Below, in pieces: positions 27,101-38,712 of a stretch of DNA of 64,000 bases. A program made the position numbers and the translations under genes. The DNA lies in NCBI GenBank assembly GCA_002269645.1, contig NIVC01000414.1, positions 558,001-622,000 on the forward strand. The letters are read 5' to 3'. Source of the stretch: Macrostomum lignano. Taxonomy: Eukaryota. The notes below the pieces were generated by a model. The model did no database searches and was not told the origin of the DNA. It saw only the letters and a program-made list of their open reading frames with translations. The stretch's first letter is position 1. Every line of letters begins with the position of its first letter.

Positions 27101-30100
27101 CAAGTTGCCGATCTCCGTGTCGGGCACAACCACTGGCAGATGTTTGGCCAAGGTGGAAGCCCATTGCACAAAATCTTTGCTGCCTTGCTTCTTGGGATCG
27201 AGGAGCTGGCAGGCGCAGAGAATGCTGTTATTTAGCGGCAGATAGTCGAAAAGCTTGGCTGTACCAGTCCTGAAGAATGCCTTCACAGACACAAGACACT
27301 CCTGCTGATTCTCTCCTGTCCTGTCAACAAAATGACGCTTGGCAGGTTCACCCATGCTGATCTCGTATGGCGGCAGCCAAATTGACTCGTCCGCGATGTC
27401 CAGCTTCGAAAGCTTCTTCTTTGGCAGCTTCTCTGTTTTACAAAGCGTAGGAGCCAGCGCTTGGTAACATCCACGAGCTGCGAATACAGATGATGAATCT
27501 GGCAACCCTGCTGTTAAAACAGCATCTCGAATTGCTGCAGTGGCTGGAGAACCTCTGCTAGAAAAGTCAGAAAAAACTCAACCTTGGGGTCTCGCACGTC
27601 AGCCTTAATAGCGGCAAAGTTGGCGCCAGTAGCCTTTGTCTTTGAGTCAGAAAAGAAGCGGACAATCGGTTGATACATGCGAAGCACACGCTGAACGACT
27701 GGAAGAAGTTGCAGCCAACGTGTTTCTACCGGCCGAAGAAAGGCGACCTTCTTGATCTCGTCGAACAAGTCAAAGTTTGATTTGTTTGACTTCCAATCAA
27801 AGTTTGATTGAAAGCTGACAGAAATTTGTGCTTAAGGTTGGGTGTGTTCTTGACTTCTGTAAAGACACGCCATCACAGCATGCCCAACTGAAACAGATGC
27901 TCCTGCGGCCAGAAGAGACCACCTCGATCGATTTCACGAAGAAATTCCGACGATTCTTTCATTTGAGACGTCTCTTCAAATTCAAAGTCAACAATCGGAT
28001 TTTCGCACACCAGAGTATGTTTGCATGATTCACACTTGTTCGTTCTAACTAACGAACGCGCGCAGAAACCACTAACATAATAAACTATGGCCGTGTTACT
28101 TTCGTCCGGTAGACAGTTAAGACAAGCTTCTTCACGAATCTCAGCCGCCAGTTTGCGTGTCTTGTTACTATCCGGACAGGTCCTTTTCAGAAGCGCTTTG
28201 TCCAGATCGCGCACTGTCAGACCTGAATATCTGAGAAGCGAAATAGCTTTAATCTTTTTGTCACTCTCGGTAAGTTGCCGCATCGAAATGAAGTAATTGG
28301 CTCCACTGAGTTGACGAATCCATCCGAACCGCGCTTCGATGTCGTCAGACTGAATCTTACCCATCAAAACGTAACAAAACGTAAACGTAACGTAGGCAAA
28401 CGAATCCTCCCTATGTCTGTGGCAATCGCGATAAGCCTTATCTTGTATAAAAAGTCCTCACCGCTATTTCAGTTGTTATTCCAGTTTAGATTTAGAATTT
28501 CTTGGCTCAGTTTGTTAACCGATCTCTCAGTCTGGCCATAGACTGTCGAATTAAGATCTAGTTTTATTCTGAGTGAACAGGCTTTTCTGCATCTTTAATC
28601 TCGTCGAAGATGTTTGTTTAGTCTCCCTATTTGTCATCTGACACATTTTTCCCTATTTTAAATGAAGGACAAAGAAGCCAAAAAAGCTGCTCCTTTGCGG
28701 TCAAGGCACCTTTTTTTAACAAGTCAAATGTTAACACGGGACCAACTGACTCCAGCAGACTCTCCCCTTGTTTTGCGGAGAGGCGAAATCTTTCCGAAAA
28801 GTCCAATCCACGAGGGTGAAAATTTATTATTTCTTTGAAGATTCACTGCGCGGGCCCTGCTTGTTTAAACAACCAATCGTCCTCATCCTCACTATCGCTA
28901 AACATCACGCTGATGGCTCGCAAAATTGATAGTGGAGTTTAAATGCACACTTGACAAGTGCACGGACCACTTTTCAAATTTCATACAAGGGCCATGTGCT
29001 CCATAGAATCCCAGTGATTGCTTGGCGACAAAAGCGTAGTCAATGTTTACAAGTGGCCAGGATAGCGCTTGACAGATTGTCACTTGTTACTTGTAACTTG
29101 TTAATTTGTCATAACTTCTCATGAAACATATTACTTGTCGGAATTGCCACTTGTCACTTGTAATTTGTCTGACAAGTGGCTTAATGAAATCCACCCCTGG
29201 CTTGAAACTTTTCAATACCTGGGGCCGATTTCATGAAGCAAGTACAAGTGACAAGTGACAAATTACAAGTTACAAGTGATAAGTGACAGCGATTACAGTT
29301 TCATGAAAATATAAAATCCGATTGCTTATTTAATTGACCTTTAATGGGCGCCTTCGCAGCAAAGAATCAATAGTCTATGGTACAAATACTTCTATACCGG
29401 GACCAAAAAATCATTTAATGGTCTTCAAACGGCTCTGCCCCCGCACCCCCGCCCGAAACCACGGTCGACCAGATGGAATATCCCAAAAATAAGCAATCTG
29501 ATTTCACATAAAATAATAGCCATTAAATTAAGCTCTCTATGGTCTGAATGTCCTTGGCCCCTTGTGTGGGGTTTCTATGCCCTTGTCGCATCCGCTTGAT
29601 TCGCGAGCATAAATGGAAAACAACTCCAAGCAAAAACAAGAGCTGGGCGCGTCAAACAGATTATTAACAGCTAATTCGATGAAAATTTTTCTTTTCGAAA
29701 GCGCTCTTAGCGAAATTTTAATTACTTAAACTTATAATAACTAATACTAATAATAAAAATTGACTACACCTGCCCTAATAGACAAATGTGCAACCGACAG
29801 CTCAGCCGCAGCTATTCCGCGGCGCTTCTGAAGGCTGCGTACCGCTTTTTAAAGCCAAAAGACTGGGATCGCCACACACACTTTTTACAGCTGGGTGAAC
29901 TGAAGCAATGCAGAGTTAAGTGACTGCTCAAGGACACAAATTGTTCCGAGTTGGTCGCGAATCGAACTCCCAACCTTTTAGTCGCTCTAACCACTAGGCT
30001 ACAACCCCGTCATGGATTGTTCCACTCAACAATCCCTAGATCTATGCCATCCCTCACTCCTCTTCCTTCAGGTCCGTGAGCAGTGGCTGCTAATTGAGCA

Positions 30101-30497
30101 CACCAACCAGGAGCTGCCGCCAAGCCGCCAGGCATCGGCCAGCAGAGCAGGCGGCAGTCGGGCTGGCCATCCTCAGGGCTCAGTGCCGGAGAGCAGCGCC
30201 TACGTGCTGCAGTACGAGATCAGCCTGCTGAAGCCGCACGCTGGCACGAACTCGAAAGCTGCCGAAGCAGTCAGAGGCCTTGAGCAGCGCCTCGCCCAGC
30301 ACAAGCAGCTGCTGGCCAACTGTGGCGAGGCTGAGAAGCGGCAGTACTGCTCAGTGCTGCAGCAGTTGTCGGCCACCTATGCTCAGCACGCCAAATCGGC
30401 TTTGCAGGAGAAGGACAGGGGCAAGGCTGAGAAGTTTCTTAAAAAGAAGAAGGAGGCGGACAGGGAGTTTCAGGATGTCAGTTCGCGGTTGCGGTGA
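15152..30497 (+). CDS. CC2D1: Coiled-coil and C2 domain protein 1 / lethal(2) giant discs homolog, 6 exons, ~912 aa
   Basis: Phase-0 exons 15152-15472, 17538-18599, 19130-19411, 20514-20804, 21563-21919 and 30072-30497, each with AG/GT. DM14-like repeats (REYRAAAAAAKSAGQTEEALELLR; QYKLAAVQAKRTGDMATAKRML), C2 domain (LKFDVMYRRGFLKKDGLLGSATMKL..DGRKAVGGRLEVQVRLREPL) and C-terminal coiled coil. Confidence 0.92.
15825..16210. repeat. CT-rich low-complexity tract
   Basis: Direct reading; a similar tract lies at 19575-20200. Confidence 0.85.
16629..16942. mobile_element. MITE with ~120-bp terminal inverted repeats and a 6-bp TSD
   Basis: CCATGGAGGAAAGAATAGAATGGAGTGCTAATCTGAGCCAGTTA... mirrored at the right end; AAAAAT at 16623-28 and 16943-48. 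Confidence 0.85.
18671..19010 (-). mobile_element. SINE family 2 copy
   Basis: Reverse complement matches 22480-22745 (GCAGTCATACGCACAGGCACACAC, CAGCGGCCCTAAC, GGAATCGAGCCTGGGC). Confidence 0.6.
19575..20200. repeat. CT-rich degenerate tandem repeat
   Basis: CCCTCTCCTCTCACCCTCCCCTGT-like units. Confidence 0.85.
20835..21490. repeat. 26-bp minisatellite (CCATCCCCATCTCACCTGCTGGTTTG)n in CC2D1 intron 4
   Basis: Direct reading. Confidence 0.95.
22011..22298 (+). mobile_element. tRNA-derived SINE, family 1
   Basis: GCAGCCTAGTGGTTAAAGCG head, GTGTCTTTGAGCAAG..TTTACCCAGCAGTAAAATGGG core, CAGTCCTTGGACTGAACAGCCGTACGCAGCC tail. Confidence 0.75.
22433..22745 (+). mobile_element. tRNA-derived SINE, family 2
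   Basis: Head GCGGCCATAGAGTGGTCTAGCG..GGCTCGATTCC. Other copies at ~40620-40925 (+) and ~18671-19010 (-). Confidence 0.6.
23334..24725 (-). CDS. Secreted PAN/apple + fibrinogen C-terminal (FReD) protein, copy 1 (281 aa), antisense in CC2D1 intron 5
   Basis: Minus-strand exons 24725-24659 (signal peptide MSRFLLAVGFSLCLLTVVSA), 24557-24339 (4-Cys PAN-like ECVLKC..GCSAAAF..QCLL), 23966-23838 (IQHRSKG..WTEYEDGFG..FWIG) and 23764-23334 (FSTIDRDN, GWWFKSC..SNPNG). All introns are phase 1 GT-AG; 846 nt, open. Confidence 0.9.
26313..27768 (-). pseudogene. Decayed hAT-family transposase
   Basis: VETRWLQ motif and dimerisation domain LLVLPHGNADVERVFS..KKRCSL. In-frame TAA at 27514-16 and a frameshift near 27440; C-terminal coiled-coil tail broken by further lesions. 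Confidence 0.8.
27873..28400 (-). pseudogene. P-element/THAP9-like transposase C-terminal fragment
   Basis: YVLMGKIQSDDIEARFGWIRQLSGANY, YYVSGFCARSL..CESC and RGGLFWP, typical of P-like transposase C-termini. A possible continuation lies at ~25735-25930 (-). Confidence 0.7.
29222..29310 (+). mobile_element. Truncated end of a second Harbinger-like element
   Basis: CTG followed by GGGCCGATTTCATGAAG and ACAAGTG repeats like the adjacent element; no matching right end found. Confidence 0.45.
29760..30003 (-). mobile_element. SINE family 1, internally deleted
   Basis: Same head and tail as the other copies in reverse orientation; counterpart at 45893-46183. Confidence 0.65.
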
Positions 30498-32059
30498 CTG
30501 CAAAGTTTAACAAATTCGGGTCTTGTCGACTCTTTGGGTGGGCGGAGCAAGCCATGGAAAGTGGAAGTTTTAAGTCTTGACTAATTAAGTATTTGGGCCA
30601 AAAGTCTTCTGAACTGATCCGCTATGGCTTCTGATTGCCAGGTAATTTTTGTTTTGATAATCCTAATTTCGTATGAAACGTCATCTATGCTACTTGAAGT
30701 AGGGGGAATCGCTCTGCTTAATGAATAATGCTATTGGCTGTTAATTGACTCCGCGCTTAAAAACTATTTTGAGAAAATGTTAATAATATCAATGTTTATT
30801 TATTTAGCTTTCATATTTGGATGATTAAAATCCAGACTGAAAGTATTTCATATATGAACATGTTAATAAAGCAAATAATACGTTCTCTATATATATTCAG
30901 TTATGAATTCTAATTGGTAAATAAGCTTTTCCTGTTTATCAATTGGTTTTTTTCTCGTTTTAAATGGTTTCTGCAGTTTTTGAGTAATATTGGTCGTCAA
31001 ACGATAGGCTTCTTATAAACTAATTATTATCGGTATCAGTTAGTCCGTCCGCCTTTCTTGGCCTCTGTTACCGAGGTCTGCTACAATTGTGCTCGGGGGA
31101 GACTCCCCTGCAGGCTTGGTCGTTTAATCATATCTCACTTTGAGACCATTTAGCTTGAGCTGACACTGCAGCGGGCCTTCTTCTCGGGCAGCTCTCGATG
31201 CCTTGGCCGTCCTCGGTAGTCTATTTTAGCTGCACGTAAACCACACAAGAATTTTGCGAAAGGCTTCGCTGAAACCGTAGCAAAGTGGCAAACGATTTGT
31301 TGGCAAAGTCGCTTGACTTTGATTAGATTACAAAGGAGCAGTCAAACTCATTGTCAGGACTGGGAAATGCCTGCATGTACTCGTAAAGAATGTGTAGCAT
31401 CTCTACGAATTTAATTGTATTTAAATGACCGGAGAAATCCAATTAACAATTTAGAGAATAAAACTAACAGAACACTACAAATTGGCTTAACAGTTTTTGT
31501 TAAAAGAACTCTATAAAGTTTAAGCCTCCGTAAAATCATGGAACAAAATCAAATCTAGTCTTTCCTTTAGTGGTATGCATGTACAATCGCAACATTTTAA
31601 AATATTCTACAGATCAATAGAGGAAAGACCGAGGATATCTTACGAGTAATCATTGGATTGCAAGCTTCAGCTTCACCTTTACATTGCATCGACGTTGGAT
31701 TGCTTGCTGTGCGGGTTGCCAGCCTGCCACGTATCAATGATATCTTCACAAAGCGCAATGCTGCATGCATCTCTGATTATTTTCAGACAATGGTTAAAGA
31801 AGTTCATGCACTAACTCCATTGTCTTCTCTAAATAGTTTTTAATAACCGCTACAGGTATATTTGCAGCGTACATAGGCGTACTAACCGCGGTCGACTCCG
31901 CTAGTCCAGGCCTACTAGTCCAGCGATTGCTTAGATGGACTACGAGCGTGTTGCAGTACACGCAGAAAACAGATCAGTTGCGGACTTAGACTAAAATTCT
32001 ACTGAATCAACAGCTGAAAAATTAAGGACACATTTATGCATACTCAGCAACAGCCAACC

Positions 32060-33639
32060 CCCCCCCCCCCCACTACAAAATGAGCGCCTCCCTGCGCGAT
32101 GCCAAAAGGATTGCCTGGATGCGGCGCCATGCAAAATGATTGCCTGCGGCGCCAAAATGTATGCCTGCCTGCGGCGCCAAAATGAGTGCCTGTCTGCGGC
32201 GCCAAAATGAGTGCCTGCCTGCGGCGCCAAAATGAGTGCCTGCCTGCGGCGCCAAAATGAGTGCCTCCCTGCGGCGCCAAAATGAGTGCCTGCCTGCGGC
32301 GCCAAAATGAGTGCCTGCCTGCGGCGCCAAAATGAGTGCCTGCCTGCGGCGCCAATATGAGTGCCTGCCTGCGGCGCCAAAATGAGTGCCTCCCTGCGGC
32401 GCCAAAATGAGTGCCTCCCTGCGGCGCCAAAATGAGTGCCTCCCTGCGGCGCCAAAATGAGTGCCTGCCTGCGGCGCCAAAATGAGTGCCTCCCTGCGGC
32501 GCCAAAATGAGTGCCTGCCTGCGGCGCCAAAATGAGTGCCTCCCTGCGGCGCTAAAATGAGTGCCTCCCTGCGGCGCCAAAATGAGTGCCTCCCTGCGGC
32601 GCCAAAATAAGTGCCTGCCTGCGGCGCCAAAATGAGTGCCTGCCTGCGGCGCCAAAATGAGTGCCTCCCTGCGGCGCCAAAATGAGTGCCTGCCTGCGGC
32701 GCCAAAATGAGTGCCTCCCTGCGGCGCCAAAACGATTGCCTGCCTGCGGCGCCAAAATGAGTGCCTGCCTGCGGCGCCAAAATGAGTGCCTGCCTGCGGC
32801 GCCAAAATGAGTGCCTCCCTGCGGCGCCAAAATGAGTGCCTGCCTGCGGCGCCAAAATGAGTGCCTGCCTGCGGCGCCAAAATGATTGCCTGCCTGCGGC
32901 GCCAAAATGAGTGCCTGCCTGCGGCGCCAAAATGAGTGCCTCCCTGCGGCGCCAAAATGAGTGCCTCCCTGCGGCGCCAAAATGAGTGCCTGCCTGCGGC
33001 GCCAAAATGAGTGCCTCCCTGCGGCGCCAAAATGAGTGCCTGCCTGCGGCGCCAAAATGAGTGCCTCCCTGCGGCGCCAAAACGATTGCCTGCCTGCGGC
33101 GCCAAAATGAGTGCCTGCCTGCGGCGCCAAAATGAGTGCCTGCCTGCGGCGCCAAAATGAGTGCCTGCCTGCGGCGCCAAAATGAGTGCCTGCCTGCGGC
33201 GCCAAAATGAGTGCCTGCCTGCGGCGCCAAAATGATTGCCTGCCTGCGGCGCCAAAATGAGTGCCTGCCTGCGGCGCCAAAATGAGTGCCTCCCTGCGGC
33301 GCCAAAATGAGTGCCTGCCTGCGGCGCCAAAATGAGTGCCTGCCTGCGGCGCCAAAATGAGTGCCTGCCTGCGGCGCCAAAATGAGTGCCTGCCTGCGGC
33401 GCCAATATGAGTGCCTCCCTGCGGCGCCAAAATGAGTGCCTGCCTGCGGCGCCAAAATGAGTGCCTCCCTGCGGCGCCAAAATGAGTGCCTGCCTGCGGC
33501 GCCAATACAAGTGCCTACGGTGCCGAAATGAGCGCTAACGATACCGATTCTCAAAACAATGCGCATTTACGAATTAAATCCTGTGCATGTAGAATTCTTG
33601 GCTTCGTCCCCACACATAAAATCCATGGCGACGCCCCTG
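32060..33639 (-). mobile_element. hAT-like non-autonomous element whose internal 25-bp unit has expanded into a minisatellite
   Basis: Terminus CAGGGGCGTCGCCATGG at 33639 (-), shared with the + copy starting at 38361. Array of GCCTGCCTGCGGCGCCAAAATGAGT at ~32085-33520. Confidence 0.65.
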
Positions 33640-34209
33640 TGCCACACAATGACAGTCAAGGTCTCTCTAGAAATAAACCCCATCGAGCCAACGACGAGTC
33701 ACTCGTGGTTCCTGCACACGATACTGAACTAGCATTAAATGCATTGTTTAACTTTTTTGCCGCGTGACAGTGTGAGTTGGAGGTGGGTTGGTTAAGCTGT
33801 TGAATATATTTACCCCGGAATTTATGGTTCTGTATTGCAACGTAATAGTCGAAATATTCGTAGTCTTTGATCGCCAGGAACTCAACAGTAATAATCAAAC
33901 AGCAAACAGATTTTGGCTCTGATGGTAGATCATTTTGCTTATGCCGTTGATAGGTCAAGTTTAAAGACTTTATCAGTTTATTTTTATAGAACGTCTTGCA
34001 TTCAAGAAAAGTGAATGGTAATAAAAACGTAATATAGGCAAGTAGGTTGAGATGATAGAACAGCTAAAACAGATAAAAAGGGATGAGTTGAGTAAATTTA
34101 AGCTTGCCTTGGATATATGTCCTTTATTTTCGCCTCGTATATTCTGCACAGACACTCTTCTTGATTCAGTGGAATAGTATCAATAAAATGTATTCCATGC
34201 AAGCCAGGA

Positions 34210-35145
34210 CTGGAGTGCTGTCTATGGCAGCTCGGAATATGGAGATTGCTGTCTATGGCAGCGGGGAATATGAAGAGTGCTGTCTATGGCAGCTCGGAAT
34301 ATGGAGATTGCTGTCTATGGCATCTCGGAATATGAAGAGTGCTGTCCATGGCATCTCGGAATATGGAGAGTGCTGTCTATGGCATCTCGGAATATGGAGA
34401 GTGCTGTCTATGGCATCTCGGAATATGAAGAGTGCTGTCCATGGCATCTCGGAATATGGAGAGTGCTGTCTATGGCATCTCGGAATATGGAGAGTGCTGT
34501 CTATGGGAGCGGGGAATATGAAGAGTGCTGTCTATGGCAGCTCGGAATATGGAGATTGCTGTCTATGGCATCTCGGAATATGAAGAGTGCTGTCCATGGC
34601 ATCTCGGAATATGGAGAGTGCTGTCTATGGCATCTCGGAATATGGAGAGTGCTGTCTATGGGAGCGGGGAATATGGAGAGTGCTGTCTATGGCATCTCGG
34701 AATATGAAGAGTGCTGTCCATGGCATCTCGGAATATGGAGAGTGCTGTCTATGGGAGCGGGGAATATGGAGAGTGCTGTCCATGGCATCTCGGAATATGG
34801 AGAGTGCTGTCTATGGCATCTCGGAATATGAAGAGTGCTGTCCATGGCATCTCGGAATATGGAGAGTGCTGTCTATGGGAGCGGGGAATATGGAGAGTGC
34901 TGTATATGGCAGCGGGGAGAATATGGAGAGTGCTGTCTATGGCAGCGGGGAGAATATGGAGAGTGCTGTCTATGGCAGCGGGGAGAATATGGAGAGTGCT
35001 GTCTATGGGAGCGGGGAATATGGAGAGTGCTGTCTATGGCAGCGGGGAGAATATGGAGAGTGCTGTCTATGGCAGCGGGGAAAATATGGAGAGTGCTGTC
35101 TATGGTAGCGGGGAATCTGGACAGTGCTGCTATGGCAGCGGAGAA
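34210..35145. repeat. 31/33-bp minisatellite (GAGAGTGCTGTCTATGGCATCTCGGAATATG)n
   Basis: Direct reading; counterpart at 48720-49345. Confidence 0.95.
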
Positions 35146-35869
35146 TACTTACTGAGATTATCTGCTACCAAAACACTTGCGGGGTAGATTAGTGGTACAG
35201 TGTGGAATATATTAGGCTAAGAACAAGAGAAATTTACATAACGAAAAACTTAGTTTCAGTTTATGGACTTCGGAATCTTGGACGGTTAGAAAAAATATGA
35301 ATATGAATTAGAAACGCACGGGTTAGAAAATGATTTTGTCAATAGTCAATAAATCAAAATATTTTTTGTAAAGCTTACATTTTAAGATTTTTTCACAATG
35401 GAGCTTTTTTGGGTACCGCAGTTGTGATTTTTTGAGAAAGTGAGAAAGCGAGAAGGAACGTTTGTCATACAAAGTGTAGAGGTTCACAGATACACAGAAA
35501 TCGACAGGAATACACAGTTTTTTTAAGAAACTTGACAACTTTTTCTGAACAAAAAACGAATGCTTTTTTTATCAGTAATTTTTAATTAGACTGACGTACT
35601 GAGTTACTGCTTAAGCTAGAACAATAGCTTAGAATAAATAAGCTAAGAGTCAAAAAATTTTCACGATCGTAAACTGCAACGCTCGCATCAATGGATTACA
35701 GCTCCTTGGTAATGTGTCCTACTAAAGCTCACTTACACTTATTTTCTCGTACGGTTATAGTCTTGAGTGAGTTGGATTGCTCAACTGCCACGCGAGATAC
35801 CAGTTTGATGTTATTAAAATAGTTGTCTCCAGTTCAGCGTAGGCAGGTGACTGCTAATTGGCATCAAAC

Positions 35870-37057
35870 CTAATGGATCATCAATCGAATGCTCTTCAGT
35901 GCAACATCATTCCCGGATGTAGCACTAGCCCAGTGCATTGTATTTGTTTTAGTCATAGCAGTGCTATAATAGATACCGTTTGGGTTGGTATGCGAGCAGC
36001 CTTTGAACCACCAACCGGAGTTTCCAAAGCTGCTGGAACAATGATTTTCAAATTGGTCGTTGTCCCGGTCCATGGTGGAGAACTGCATCCCACTGTTAAA
36101 GGTGAACGAATCGGCAGTCGTGTTGGAGCTGCCGCTCAGGTACGAAATGCCAGTCATGGTGTAGTTCGTGCTGGCATCGGCCACCGTGAAGCCGGAGTAC
36201 TCGCAGACGTACAGCTCATCCGACCAGGTGACGGCCTCGACTCGCAGAAGCTTCGGCGAGCTTCCGGTCAGCTCATGGATTTTTCGAAGGCCTGAAATGA
36301 AAAAAATGAAATCATTCTTAAGTCTTTATTGATTCGATTGGTGTTTGGTAAAGCTAAAGTGTCCTGCTCACCAATCCAGAAGTCCGTATCGTCTCCAAAG
36401 CCGTTCTCATACTCAGTCCAGCTGCGAGCAAAGCTCAGCTCGCCCTTCGACCTGTGCTGAATCACTTGGAATTCTCGTCCGTTGATCTGGACGATTTGTC
36501 CTGATATTTCAAAAAAGCAAACAATGTTTAAGTGTGTCTAGCGGTGCGTGAACTAGTGATTCATTTATTATTCAAAGGGATTGATATTTGCTACCATTGA
36601 GCGACTTTTCACACCTTTTAGAATTTCACTGCTATTCATTTCATTATTAGTGAACACAGGCTCGATTTAAAACTTACTAGCTATAAGCTTTCGATAAACC
36701 AGTTCACCAGGAGCGACAGGTGCAAAATCGGCAGTTGTTATCTCGGAGAGCAGGCAGAGCTTCTTCTCTGGCACGAAGGCGAAGGCGGAGCAGAACTTCA
36801 CGATGGGCTGCTCGCATTTCAGAGCGCAGTCAGCGACGCTTCGACCGGGCTCGTGGTGAATCGGAGCAGGTGTGGTGTGCGCAACTTCCTCTTGAGAAAA
36901 CACTGCAAATCGCATGGATTTAAGCTTGTTTATAAACTACTTCATTATTTCCACAATCATTCAAAAGGCTTGACTTACCAGATGCTGCACTGTCCAGAGT
37001 CCAAACAGTTGAGCCGCTGCAGAGAGCGACAGCAATGGCAATAAGGAATGGTGTCAT
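35870..37057 (-). CDS. Secreted PAN/apple + FReD protein, copy 2 (284 aa), divergent paralogue
   Basis: Minus-strand exons 37057-36979, 36902-36678, 36500-36372 and 36291-35870. Same phase-1 intron layout as copy 1; 855 nt, open. Motifs DCALKC..FCSAFAF..KLCLL, FSTMDRDND, GWWFKGC. Confidence 0.9.
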
Positions 37058-38360
37058 GCCGAGTGCTCAGCACCTGATGGAGGCACAGACAGCGCTGTCA
37101 GCCAGTCCTTATCGCTTTCGTTCCTGTTTTATAGAGATTCTAAAAAAACAGGAGATATTGACTGACATGTTGCACTGCATACCTAGGATTGAGGAATCAA
37201 CAGAAGTGAACTGGGGCTGAGTTAACACCGACTTGTTGGCCAATGAGACTTTTTCTCTTCCATTGTTCTGGACTGTCCAGCAGTGCTGCTCTGAAAGCAG
37301 AGTTTGTTTGCAAAGCGGAAGGCACGGCCAGTTCTGTAACTGAAAATTATGTTCTATTTCTGCAGTTAGTCCACTAACTGTCTGCAGTTAATAAGTCATG
37401 TGTATGTATCACACATCCATTGGTGGGCATTAATTGACTTCGGATTCCTATGAAGAGCACTAGAGAGGACTTTGTTTGTTTTTTGCAAAGAAATTTCACA
37501 GAGCGACAGCAACGGCAATGAGGATTGATTGCATGCTGAGTGCTCAGCACCTGATGGAGGGGCAGACAGCTCTGTCAGCCAGTACCTATCGCTGTCGATC
37601 TTATATAGATAGTCAGCTGCTGACTTTTTAAACTCTTTTTTTAATTCATTCTGGGTTGAGTAAACAGAGTGAATGTCTCCAACGAGACTTGGTTACTTCC
37701 CTGTTCTTGTCTGTCGCTCAATTTTTTTGAACTAAAGCTTTTAACACAGCGGAAGTCACTGCAGTTATACCGGTACCTTTCTAGACATTTTTTCTAGCAA
37801 GCCAGTTTCCTTGAAATCTTGCATCGATTAAGGTAAATGTATAGCATTGCATTAACTGTGCAAATCTAGCAGTGAAATGTAAGAATAGAAATGCATTTTT
37901 TCGCATCAATTTCAAAATGTGCGTTTCCGTTTTTTATCTGTAGAAGTCTCTGTGCTGCCCTGTCGATAACAAGTAATGAAGGGGATTGCAACTACTGATG
38001 GTCGGGTATGTCCTATAACTTCTCGACTACCTGCCCCCAAAGAGCGAGATTCAACACAGGAGACTTTCAGATCGACAAGACAAAAATAATGTGGACGATG
38101 CAGCAGTACCCAAAAAATATTCAGATTTCTTGGTAAATTCTTGGCAGCTTAATAGGGTCCCTCAATTAGCAGCAGTAGTTTTCAAAAAACGAAAAGTAAT
38201 ATAAAAAGATGATACAAAAAATATATCTTGAGTCTCGAGACTCAGGTCCTAGGATACTGAAATTCTGTTATTTATGATCACTAAGAAGGCTTCGAAAAAG
38301 TCTTTGATTGAAAACAGAAGACAGAACGCAGATTTTTTCTTAAACTTGAAATGGCTTGAT

Positions 38361-38645
38361 CAGGGACGTCGCCATGGCTTTTTTATGGTGGGTGACGAAG
38401 CCCAGAATTCAACATGTACATGACTAAATTCGTACATTTTCATTCTTTTGAGAATCGCGTTGTCAGCACTCATTTTGGCGCCGCCGGCACCTTTTTTGGC
38501 GCCGCAGGCATTCCTTTTAGCGCCGAAGGCCTTATATTTTGACGCCCTGAAGAAAAATAATTTATTTTTGACGAGTCACAAGGTGGGGTGTGGGGGGGAC
38601 AAAGCATTGGCATGTCCCCACATAGCATTTACTGGGGGGACATGT
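38361..38645 (+). mobile_element. Short copy of the same hAT-like family (CAGGGACGTCGCCATGG end), two to three internal units
   Basis: Matches the reverse complement of 33520-33639 (gaattc..aattcgta..ttgagaatcg..ctcattttggcgccg). Confidence 0.6.
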
Positions 38646-38712
38646 TTCAGTTTGCCCATCTTGCCCATCATCATCATGTTCGTCTTGCCATCCTCTCCAC
38701 ACCATCCCAGCT

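Larger units (their letters stand above)
25029..29196. mobile_element. PIF/Harbinger-like composite non-autonomous element (4168 bp) with CTG target-site duplication
   Basis: Left end GAGTGGATTTCAT; right end reverse complement GGGTGGATTTCAT. CTG at 25026-28 and 29197-99; subterminal ACAAGTG repeats. The empty site TTACTGGCTTG is present in the duplicate at ~45334-45344. Confidence 0.75.
20817..35509. repeat. Segmental duplication copy A
   Basis: Colinear with ~38700-49709: 26-bp array, exon 5, SINEs, PAN-FReD gene, exon 6, 25-bp and 31-bp arrays. Homology ends at ..CACAGAAAT(C/A)GACAGGA. Confidence 0.9.

Noticed and set aside
31991-33566. ~490-aa ORFs with GTHFGAAGRHSFWRRRQ repeats
   Set aside because: 25-bp minisatellite cycling through frames; not a credible protein.
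34104-35187. Cys/Tyr-rich repeat ORFs (YGECCLW)
   Set aside because: 31-bp minisatellite; the same pattern recurs at 48.6-49.3 kb with different frames and lengths.
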